Assembly (NCBI RefSeq): GCF_006345805.1
Contig: NC_043007.1
Span: 28,148,001-28,212,000 of the forward strand
DNA length: 64,000 nt
Reading direction: 5' to 3'
Source: Octopus sinensis
Lineage: Eukaryota
Below the pieces are notes generated by a model. It was not told where the DNA came from and searched no databases. It saw only the letters and a program-made list of their open reading frames with translations. Each line of letters opens with the position of its first letter. Within the stretch, counting starts at the first letter, position 1. This document shows positions 52,066-63,370 of the stretch, in pieces. The translations under genes were made by a program, and so were the position numbers.

Positions 52066-52799
52066 TAAACAGAGAGAAAAAAAAATTGTGGATTTAGCGG
52101 TCAAGCTATATAACTGAAAACGAAGAGGACAGTGGAGATTTATTCACGTCCAAAACTTTTATTAAAAAGTTTTCTACACTGTCTCAACCAGCATCTTCCA
52201 TGTGTTAGCATGTACCTCCTTGCGACAATGTAAGCTTTCATTTAATTAAGATATCCTTAGCTTGAATTGTAGCCTGCGGTATACACCTCGCTTGGACATT
52301 TACCACTTCAGCGGTTCTGCTCGCTATGAAACGTATGTATCTCGGGTCTTCTCTACGCCATTCCACAACTCTCGTATTCTTATTTGCACACCCGGCAAAC
52401 CTGGTCGCCTACCGTGAAATATAAACAGAACTTTTTTCAGTTTATCGTACTTCGATACAAAAAAAAATCTACAAGATTCTATCTCAATGAACCACAATTG
52501 TTCATGAAAGTTGCTTTTTATAATTACTAAGGATTGATTAATGCTGTCTTCCTACACCACTATCCCTGGATCTTATACCCCCACACACAAATATGAATGT
52601 ATGTACATGTGTACGTGTGTATTCATGTATGTATATATACCTTCAAAAGTATATATGTTATAAAACTTTTGCAAAGAATTCTTGATACAGTTACGATACA
52701 CGAAGATTTTTTTGAAAATTTATTTTATCAAATGAATAAATTTTTTTTAATACGAAAGAAAATAAGACGAATATATTCGAAATAAGAGTTTCGTATTCT

Positions 52800-53030
52800 T
52801 ATTTCTTTACTGCCCACAAGGGGCTACACATAGAGGAGACAAACAAGGATAGACAAAGGGATTAAGCTGATTATATCGACCCCAGTTCGTAACTGGTACT
52901 TAATTTATTGTCCCCGAAAGGATGAAAGGCAAAATCGACCTCGGTGGAATTTGAACTCAGAAAGTAACGGCAGACGAAATACCGCTAAGCATTTCGTCCG
53001 GCGTGCTAACGTTTCTGCCAGCTAGTCGCC
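52800..53030 (-). mobile_element. SINE family B, full length
   Basis: Reverse complement of the family consensus from head to tail. Confidence 0.9.
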
Positions 53031-53319
53031 TTTCGTATTCTGCGTGAGTGCTTTCACTGTTAACGGTTTATCAAATACACCTATTATATAACAGAAAAAT
53101 CGTTTATACACTATACGGAAAGTTTATTTCAAAAGGATTGTATCATTCTGTCTTTTAAAGATATGTTCATATAGTTTATAGTTTCAGAAAGTTTTTTTTT
53201 AAATTATAGATCTCTATACATTTATGTGTAAATATATATAAATATATCTATATATACGTATGCATATCCATTTAACCCCCACCACACATATATAGTCTGT
53301 ATATATACATAAATAAATA

Positions 53320-53367
53320 GTCTTACAGCTGTTTCTGGGATATTATGGATAACCCTTCATCAGAGAC
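53320..53367 (-). ncRNA. Minimal type I hammerhead ribozyme motif
   Basis: Minus strand GTCT-CTGATGA-A-GGG(ttatccataatat)CCC-A-GAA-ACAGCTGT-A^AGAC: 4-bp stem I, 8-nt palindromic stem III, GUA cleavage triplet. Confidence 0.75.
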
Positions 53368-53762
53368 GTTGTGAGAAAATATTTGAGTTCGAATTATTGT
53401 GGAAAAGATAGGGAATATAGAAGGATATCAGAGAATGAAATATATACCCCCACCCACACAGAGACACCCCTACACACACGCACACACACACACACGTATA
53501 TGCATAAGAGATTAACTAAAAGACAGAACGGAATCAGTACTATGAATTCAGTGGATATTAATCTTCATAAATCGCTATGTAAATTTCGGTGTAGCAATAT
53601 CTCTGTATATAGGTATGCATCTGTGTATGTACATATGTCTGTATGTGCATGTGTGTATGTATGTGTGCGTGTATGTATGTATCTATATACGCATGTATTT
53701 ATGCATGCATGAATGCAAATATTTATGTATCTATCAATTAATCTATATTTTATATATATATA

Positions 53763-53823
<61 letters not shown>

Positions 53824-54294
53824 CATAATATATATATATATATATATAGATATATATATATATATATATATACATACATATATATATATATATCTATATA
53901 TATATATATATATTATAATGCATAAGACACACACGCGCACACGCACAGACGAACACACACATACACAGAAACACTCACTTATATCATGAAACAATGAAGG
54001 AAGGAATTAGCTATAGATAGATAGATACATACATACGTACATACATATAACGAATAAAAAGGTCTGATGGTGCAACAATGCACTATAATATAGACACTGT
54101 TGTTGTAATTTAGTCATCCGTAGTCTGATACGATATTTCGGAATACTATTCTTCAGATATTCTTCTGATAAAGCCCATTGTCTATATTATAGTGCATTGT
54201 TGTACCACTCAAAACTTTTTTATTCTTTACAAACAATACACAATGCTTCAAGCGAACTACAATACTCTCCTATATATATATACCGGAGTAAAAA

Positions 54295-54332
54295 CTGTCC
54301 GATGAACGGCAACGCGAAACTCAGAGTAACAG
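54295..54332 (+). ncRNA. Hammerhead-like motif with U4-to-C core variant
   Basis: CTGT-CCGATGA-A-CG(GCAA)CG-C-GAA-ACTCAGAGT-A^ACAG: stem I CTGT/ACAG, GNRA loop on stem II, stem III ACTC-A-GAGT. Confidence 0.55.
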
Positions 54333-54880
54333 ATTTTGTTGAATTTTCTGCTGCTTTAAATAAAGTATATATATATATATATATATATGTAAACGTTAAA
54401 AAAAACACAAACTGGGACAAGAACGTGAAACATTTTGAAGACGACAAAAAAACACACAGACGGGACTTTCGAAGCTCTCAGTCATCAGTCAAGAACCAGA
54501 TCATCTTCGCAATTTCGGCTGATTAATCTTGAGATTGCTCCAATCTGGGCAGCCGCCAAGGGAAATCTAAGCCAGTCGCATTAGATTCCTTGGAAGAAAA
54601 CTCGAAAGTATACAACACGGTGACGGAAAAACGGACGATGTTACTCGAAAAAAATTCAAAAATACGTAAAAACAATAACGATAGCACGGATAAGAATACA
54701 AAATAACGTCAAAACAATAATAACAAAACCAGGACGTCAGGACAAGCGTCTTTCGACAGGACGAGTTGAGTATAGGCTGGCTGTGGAACAAATATATATA
54801 TATATATATTATATATATAATATATAATATATATATATATATATAATATATATATATATATATAATATATAGATATATAT

Positions 54881-56146
54881 AATCTCGACTTTGCAAAGGC
54901 CTTTGATAAAGTCGATCATGGAATGATATGTCACAAACTGCGTGATCTCAAAATAGTTGGAAAACTGGGAGAATGGCTTCATGACTTTCGATGATAGAAG
55001 ATCAGTCAGGTGGTAGTAGCCAATGGGGCCACCTCCATTAACACACAAATAGTGAGCGGTGTTCCGCAGGGCACTGTTCTGGGACCACTACTGTTCATAA
55101 TGGCCCTCTCAGACATGCCTCAGCCACGCAGAGAGCCACGATCACAAGTTATGCAGATGATACAAAAGTTTCACAGGCAATACAGAACCCTGAGGACACT
55201 AAACACCTGCAATGTGAGCTGGACGAAATATACAAGTGGGCTGAAAAGAATAGCATGCAGTTCAATGCTGGAAAGTTTCAAGCTTTATACTATCAGCATG
55301 CAAAACTGAATGCAATACCCAATGAATACACTGGACCCGGAGGGATTGCAATCCCAGAGGCACAATCAGTGCGTGACCTGGGTATTCACATGAGTGATGA
55401 CGCGACCTTTCATGTACATGTTGCTAAACTGACAATGAAATGTAGACGGCTGGCTGGATGGATTCTTAGAACCTTTAGAACAAGAGAACAAGAAACCATG
55501 ATGGTCCTCTGGAAGACACTGTCCTAAGCCACTTTGACTATTGCTCTCAGCTATGGTCACCATCCAGTGTCAAGTTGATCACAGAACTTGAGGCGATCCA
55601 ACGAAGCTACACAAAGAAGATAGCCTCTATGCAGAATGTAAGCTACTGGAAAAGACTCAAGAGATTAAAATTATATCCCTGGAGCGTAGGCGGGAAAGAT
55701 ATGCCATAATATACATCTGGAAGATCCTGGAGGGAAGTGTCCTGAACTTTGGCATCGAGAGTTACGCAAATGCCAGAACTGGGCGCCACTGCGTGGTGCC
55801 TAGGACTCCAAACCTGCCATCAAGATGTAGGACAAGATTCTGTGATAGCTGGGCTTCCGAGGCCCACAGCTCTTCAATATCCTCCCGAAGAACCTGAGAG
55901 ACCTGCATGGGGTGGATACAGATGTCTTTAAAATGAAGCTGGATCTCTTCCTGTCAGGTGTCCCAGATGAACCAACTTCACGGCAGGAGGGGCAGATGAG
56001 GGCAGCTGCATCGAACTCTCTCATGCACCAAATAGCAGTTGCTAGAAAGCCTCCATGAAGTGAAACAAGTAGCAACACCAAATGGCGGTGTCCCAGCATG
56101 CCCACAGCTCATAAGCTGAAACTAGAATCAATCAATCAATCAATCA
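54881..56146 (+). mobile_element. 5'-truncated CR1/L2-group (Jockey-superfamily) LINE, reverse transcriptase pseudogene with intact 3' end
   Basis: LDFAKAFDKVDHG...SGVPQGTVLGPLLF...SYADDTK...FNAGKFQ...VRDLGI...YCSQLWSP...LERRRERYAIIYIWKILEG, with several frameshifts. Stop at 56056-56058, 3' stem-loop and (ATCA)n tail. Confidence 0.95.
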
Positions 56147-56150
56147 TATA

Positions 56151-56260
<110 letters not shown>

Positions 56261-56279
56261 GTATGTATGTATATATATA

Positions 56280-56530
56280 TATGTGCGTGTTTGTGTGTGT
56301 GTGTTTGCTTGTGTGTCTGTTTTTGTCCACCCACCATCATTTGACAATCGATGTTGGTGCGTTTATGTCCCTGTAACATAGCGTTTCTGCAAAAGAGACC
56401 GATAGAATAAGTACTACGCTTAACAGAGAATAAGTCCTGGCGTGGGAGTCGATTTGTTCGACTAAAGGCGGTGCTCCAGCATGGCCGCAACCAAATGACT
56501 GAAACGAATAAAAGAATAAAACAATAAAAG
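56280..56530 (+). mobile_element. SINE family A, 3' half
   Basis: tgacaatcgatgttggtgcgtttatgtccctgtaac...ggcggtgctccagcatggccgc. Confidence 0.85.
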
Positions 56531-57289
56531 AATATATATATATATATATATTTACTAATATAGCACAAACACACAGACACACACAGAAATATATATATAT
56601 ATGTATATATTGGCAGGGCTGATATATATATATGTCCTGACGCCTAAATGTATGTAGTTCATAAAACAGACCCAGACGCATATACTTAGATACACGTACA
56701 CACACACATGTAGATACACACATGCAGACACACACATGCATGCACACACATGCGCACTTAAAATAATCCTAAGCAGACACGTATTCATGCAAACGCCAAG
56801 CAAGAATTCCGGAATAACATAAACGTTATCGAAGGATTGCTGAGAGGTTGTAGGGATTACATAAAGTTTAAATTGATGTTAAGTCCCGCTTTAGCGGACG
56901 GGTTTCTGTGTGTGTGTGTGTTTTATTTCTCTCCACTTAACTAAATAGCTTTGTGCTTTGGCGGTAATATTTACGTTTAAACAGATAAATTGTTTTGGTT
57001 AATCCTGCATGAGAATTAGTGAAGCTGATAACTTTCTGGTTATGGATAAGAGGTTAAGGCAAGCAAACGTTATTTCGTTGACTCAGCTTTTCTGCCCTAC
57101 TTGGCGCATAAACGAATCTGTTTTAATGCTTATTTATTAAAGAGAAAAGGTGGAGAAAAGCTAGGGACAGTGGTAATGATGGCTAGTAAGGGGAAAAGGA
57201 TTACGGGAGTCCTGTGGATTATGATGGACGCGGGAAGTGAAATATAGGGATAAAAACTGTTTAATTTGATGGAATGAACTATAGCACTG

Positions 57290-57330
<41 letters not shown>

Positions 57331-57420
57331 CGTAGTAATAATAATAATAGCAACAACAATAACGTAAATAATATAATAATAATAATAATAATAATAATAG
57401 TGATAAAAACATAATAATAA

Positions 57421-57465
<45 letters not shown>

Positions 57466-57466
<1 letters not shown>

Positions 57467-57677
57467 TCTTTTACTTGTTTCAGTCATTTGACTGTGGCCA
57501 TGCTGAAGCACCGCCTTTAGTCGAACAAATCGACCCCAGGACTTATTCTTTGTAAGCCTAGTACTTATTCTATCGGTCTCTTTTGCCGAACCGCTACTTT
57601 ACTCGGACGTAAACACACCAGCATCGGTTGTCAAGCGATGTTGGGGGGGGGGGACAAACACAGGCACACAAACATAT

Positions 57678-57708
<31 letters not shown>

Positions 57709-57880
57709 CATATATGCGATGGCCTTCCTTCAGTTTCCGTCTACCAAACCCACTCACAAGGCTTTGGTCGGACGAGGCTAGAGTAGAAGACACTTGCCCA
57801 AGGTGCCACGCAGTGGGACTGAACCCGGAACCATGTGGTTCGTAAGCAAGTTACTTACTACACAACCAATCCTACGCCTA
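57466..57880 (-). mobile_element. SINE family A, full length
   Basis: Reverse complement of the family consensus, between (AAT)n tracts. Confidence 0.9.
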
Positions 57881-57881
57881 T

Positions 57882-57936
<55 letters not shown>

Positions 57937-58724
57937 TAATAATAATAATAATAATAATAATAATTATTATTATTATATAAAAAAATGACCTTCTGAGCTT
58001 CGTTAATGGAGTGCATGTATCCATTTGTTAAAATTTGATAGGAACTTTGAAGACTATCAAATTGATCCTCTTAAAAACCAACTTGCTTTGTGATAAGGGA
58101 TTAACTTCAATAAATAAAAAATGACTTCTGAACTTGTTTTTATTTCAGTGAAGGCTTTAAAATTCTTTCCTTTTACTTAAAGAGAAAATACTACTGGAAT
58201 AATAAGTTTTAAACCATGTTTTTTTTTAATCATTTACTAGAGGTTGATTTCTAGTCTTAGAAAACAAGGGAATTCTACGGAATATCCAGTTTTGGTAGAA
58301 ATTCGAGAGATGTAAAGATGTTAAATCAAAAATATAAGGATATAAATTTAACTCTACTTTCAATTTTACGAATGATCAAAAGAAAAATTGTGAAGAGAAA
58401 TTGTCAAGGGAAAGGGAGATATTTATTGGTAGATAAGTAGATCGAGTTGTGGTTAACTAAATAAGTTTTAGTTAAGAAAATTTGCGATTAAGCTAATGGC
58501 ATTTGAAAATGGCGGCTGAAAACGTAAATTCGTTAAGAAGATAAACTGAGTTTACGAGCGTAATATTTTCGCTCGCTTCAATTAAAAATTTAACCTGAAA
58601 TAATCATACGCTGAACTGAATACTTTAAATTGGTTAGTCATTGGTTAAGCTGCAGTTAAGAATATGTATATGTGCTCCAGCATGGTCGCAATCAGTTGAC
58701 TGAAACAAGTAAAAGAATAAAAGA

Positions 58725-58755
<31 letters not shown>

Positions 58756-58867
58756 TATACATGTATGTATGTAATATACATATGTATAAATATGTATGTA
58801 TATTATATATGTATATATATATACATATATTATGTATATATAGGTATATATATTTTAATAAATATTA

Positions 58868-58906
<39 letters not shown>

Positions 58907-58943
58907 ATATATAATATAATATATATATATAAATATACATATG

Positions 58944-58972
<29 letters not shown>

Positions 58973-58974
<2 letters not shown>

Positions 58975-59126
58975 GTGGTTGTCTACTTCAGCAGAGTCAG
59001 ACCACCTCCTGTACCTATACCTCTGGTCCATCATGCATCTGATGTGGCTTTTTAAACCAGACAATGGTTTTTGAAAAGCACCAGCATAGATTGCATATTG
59101 ATATGGACCACCAAGAGCTGCAGATA
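58973..59126 (-). mobile_element. RTE-type LINE 3' terminus with (TA)n tail
   Basis: Minus strand CNLC..(frameshift)..KPLSGLKSHIRC (degenerate C2H2 finger), then caggaggtggtctgactctgctgaagtagacaaccacc-(AT)n with a terminal GGTGGT/ACCACC stem. Confidence 0.65.
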
Positions 59127-59259
59127 CATACATATATATAATATATATATATATTATATATATTATATATCTATATATATAATATATATATATTATATAT
59201 ATAATATATATATACATACATACATACATTATATACACACAAATACATACATACATACA

Positions 59260-59290
<31 letters not shown>

Positions 59291-60376
59291 GTGGTTGGTT
59301 GTTGCGAAAATTATATTTAGTTGTAGAGGAAATGTATGAAGGGTTCAATGACCTGCTGGATATTTCTGGTGCTTTCTAACCTCCGCAGGAAAGAGAATGT
59401 TGTCTAGCGGGATGAGAAAAACAAAATCAGTTTTAAAAAACATTACCTATACTACAACCTGTAATCCAATTACCTCGTTTTTTTCCACACAAAAATCGAG
59501 TTTTACAGGAGTAATTCTTACTCATGTATTTCAATTTTCCAGAAGAATTAAGGACAAATATGAGGAACAAGATTCTACAAGGAAAAAGTTAACGATTAAA
59601 TTTTCTCTTGTGTTGCGCCAATGCGACACAAACGCTATGTTTATCAGTGACCACCGTTTGGAAAGTGTAAAGATTGCCATATAACGAAAGACTTATTTGA
59701 TTTTGAACAAAAGAATGCCTACTTTACCTGAAGGGCTATGATTTTGTCGTTAAATAAACATATTTCCAAAAGGTTGCCTCATCATTAGAAAATTTGATTG
59801 ACGCCAAAGAATGCGCAGAAGACAAGGCATAAACAGAGACGTACATCTTAATAGACCCCGTTTGGTCATGAATGACGATGGGATTGCACCTGGAAAGTTC
59901 CCTTCCAATGCACAAATCCGGGCAAGGTTGTTTATGGAAGACCCGCAGTCTTCCATAAACAATATCGATGGCGTGGCGTCTCCGCACTCCACGCCACCGA
60001 TATTATCCAAGGAAAAGGCAAAAGTCGATATAGGATAAAATAATATACATAAAATATTCTTACAATTTCATAATGTATCTGTTTTCCATTCTCTTTCTGG
60101 AACAACGGAGGACGGATTAAAGTGTTTTAATCTTTGAGAATTTTCGTTAAAGACAACGTAAATGGCTGACTGCTAGACACTCTGCAAGTCTAAAACAACA
60201 AACATGCTATCAAAAATAGGATCGTGTTTAAACAGGAATTGATGGAACGAGCCAAAGCAGATACAATGGAATTTAGTCGAAGAATTTATGAGATTACACT
60301 TAAAATTGATAGATTATTAATGTTGTAGCATTTAGTAGCTGCATATATTTATGCATGTAGGTATGCATATATTACC

Positions 60377-60420
<44 letters not shown>

Positions 60421-60488
60421 TAATATATATATTATATATATATATATGTATACACATATATATATATACACAATATATATATTATATA

Positions 60489-60540
<52 letters not shown>

Positions 60541-60824
60541 ATATATATAGATATATATATATATATATTATATATATTATATATATACACACATGTATGT
60601 AAATATAATTGTGATATAGTACTCGAAGGGTATAGTATTATATGTCCATTACGGCCGATCTTACGAATCGGTTCGCGCTAGAGATTCGACGGAGTGCTAG
60701 GCAACAAACCGATTATGTAACCCTACGCTCATCAGAAGTACCGAATATAGAATAAAATATGGCAACTGCTCTGTATGTATATATATATATATTATATATA
60801 TATAATATATATATAATATATATT

Positions 60825-60867
<43 letters not shown>

Positions 60868-62107
60868 GTATTTATACATACATACACACATACATACAAA
60901 CATACATATATGCATATATATATGAATGTATGTATGTATGTAATTCTGAGTATATACACCTTGCTGTGTTATTGTGCTTATGTGTGTATCAGAGTAAGTC
61001 TGTATACAGAAGTATTTACACATGATCTTAGCATTACTACACTAACGAGTCCAGATAAACACTGTTTCTGTGCATTAGCATCAGCTTGTAATTGCGCTGT
61101 ATTTCACATATTATGCACATTCTTGCATCTATACGGTCTAATAAAAGCTGTGTACCTTCACGTCTTCAGGTGAATGGGTTCAAGACCACCACTAATAATA
61201 TTTTGTATGAATTCTGCCTAATTAACGGATTTCAACACGTATACACAATAAAAGGAGAATTCCTGCTGTATGATAGCATATGGTGGCCGATACCCGTGAA
61301 GAAGCTTTGTAAAGCACGCAATAAGGTTATTAGCCGGATGGTATTAGATTATACCACACACCACACACAGGCGTACATATATACCTATGTATATATGCTT
61401 AGAGAGAGAGAGATAGAGAGAGAGAGAGAGGGAGAAAGAAAGAAAGAGAATGATGTAATTGAAACTTACGAGAATGTATTATTAGCTAGCACACTTTTTA
61501 CACCACTTTCGAAACCGGATTCAGTGGTGAGGTTGTTTTCCACACAGTTGGTGAAGCAAGCGACCGAGGAGACTCGTTTCAGCGCTTATTAACGCTTCGT
61601 CAGAAATGGTTTAATCATGTTTCTTAAGCATAGATATTACGATAGCGGATAGTCTCTCATACTATACTCAAATTAGGACAGACTTAAACATGTCTCTCCT
61701 AATTTCGAATATAAAGAGCAAGCGTTAACAAGTATACATTTATTCGTAGAGCAACTGTAGGTGTTAGAATGAATAAATTTACGAGCATGCGGTTTTTGGG
61801 ATAGCATATTATCAACTATTAAGTAGAAAGTATAGATAAAGGGTTTAAACAAAACGGTTTTTGTCCCGTGGATGCTAGGAAAGGGGTAAATTTCTGGTGA
61901 ACAGGAAAAGAAAAAGATAAGGATTTGCTGAAGATTTTCAGATCGTTTTGCGTTCCACAGGAAAAATACAATTTCTGCTTACATTAGTTATGTTTGTATC
62001 TATACTAATACCGTGTAGGGCTTGTTATATTTACACAGACACACATTCTTTTATGCGTTTCAACCCAAATACGGTGGTCATGCTGGGGCATCGCAAGTAA
62101 AAGTGAG

Positions 62108-62228
62108 ATGCTTACAGCATCTACGTTTCCCAAGTGGTCACCCAGCTAAGTAATACTTAAGTTCGACGTTGCTTAACTTCGGTGATCAGACGAGAACCGG
62201 TGCATTCATCGTGATATTGTTTGTGTAT
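62108..62228 (-). pseudogene. 5S rRNA-derived sequence (pseudogene or SINE3 head)
   Basis: Minus strand ATATCACGATGAATGCACCGGTTCTCGTCTGATCACCGAAGTTAAGCAACGTCG...CTGGGTGACCACTTGGGAA...TGCTGTAAGC aligns along nearly the whole invertebrate 5S rRNA, including the A and C boxes, with many substitutions. Confidence 0.9.
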
Positions 62229-63084
62229 ATGAGTGTATATATGTTTGTGTATGTGAATGTATGTATGTTTGTGTGTGAGTCTGTGTACATAATTCATGGG
62301 TGGTTGTTTTGTCCAGATCCTCGCCGATCGAATAGACACGATCAAAACCAATACATCAGCAGCCATGCCTTCCGTAGCTTCTATGGACATATATGATCTA
62401 ATGTGTTATTTCCTTGTTCAAAACAGTACGGTATGTCTTGAGCAATATTTGACTGCTATTTCTAGCAGATCAGGTGACTACATCAGGTTGCCTCATTGGC
62501 TCGGTATACTTATATTATCTGTGCAGGAAATTCCGACCCTTGAAACAATAGCATTTATGCGTGACATGTGCAATCTTGTTGATGTCCTTTTAACATTTAA
62601 AACAGAGTATTCTACCTGTTTTATGTTCAAAGTGGCCATATCTGGCCCCTTATACCTACCCTACAATGTCATTCGAAAAATAAACCGCCACGTCAGCAGA
62701 ATCGCGAAGCTACAAGACAATGCATAATGAATTCAAAACAATGTGAATAAATAAGCATTAGATTTGACAGAGTAATCTGAATTCCAAAGGGATTGTTATT
62801 ATTATTGACCAGGGACCGGGATTGCGCCACGGTCGCTGTGATCTTTGACGACCCTCCGTCAGCGGCAGAAATAATTGGATTAAATCTTTCTCTTGGACTG
62901 CTGCGAACTGATATTTGTAGGAAAGATATGAAGGTGTTGAAGATACTTCCAGACAGGTTTGGATAAAGACGGGCTAGTGTAAGGGTTAATTGAGGGTAGG
63001 GGAAAATGGTGGATGCAAAAACGAGGATTATGAGTCGAAGTAGATTATGTGAAGTAGTGTGGTTCATCTGATAAGAAACAGGAG

Positions 63085-63370
63085 GAACCATCCATCCACC
63101 CATGCATCCATTCATCTAATAAGCTAGACATCCAGCCAGCTAACCAGCTAGCCATCAAACCAACAAAGCAGCCAGCCGATACACCAATCAGCCAACCAAT
63201 CATCCAACCAGCCAACCATTAAAGCAATCTGCCGAGCCACCAACCAGCCAGCCAGTCATCCAGCCATCCATCCATCCATCCAGCCAGCCGATCTACCAGC
63301 CGATCCATCAGCCAGGCAGCCAGCCAGGCAGCCAGCCAGGCAGCCAGCCAGCCAGTCAGATAGCCAACAA
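63085..63370. repeat. Degenerate (CAGC)n/(CATC)n tract
   Basis: Direct reading of the sequence. Confidence 0.85.

Noticed and set aside
54390-54790. CTGATGA...GAAA on the minus strand at ~54465-54488 as another hammerhead
   Set aside because: No stem I partner or valid stem III/NUH geometry could be built; left as an unclassified element-like block.
62296-62727. 143-aa plus-strand ORF
   Set aside because: It overlaps a short dispersed repeat (62440-62480) and has no recognisable domain.
62693-63115. 140-aa minus-strand ORF with a hydrophobic N-terminal stretch
   Set aside because: No recognisable domain or splice support, and the start lies in a CATC/GGAT repeat.
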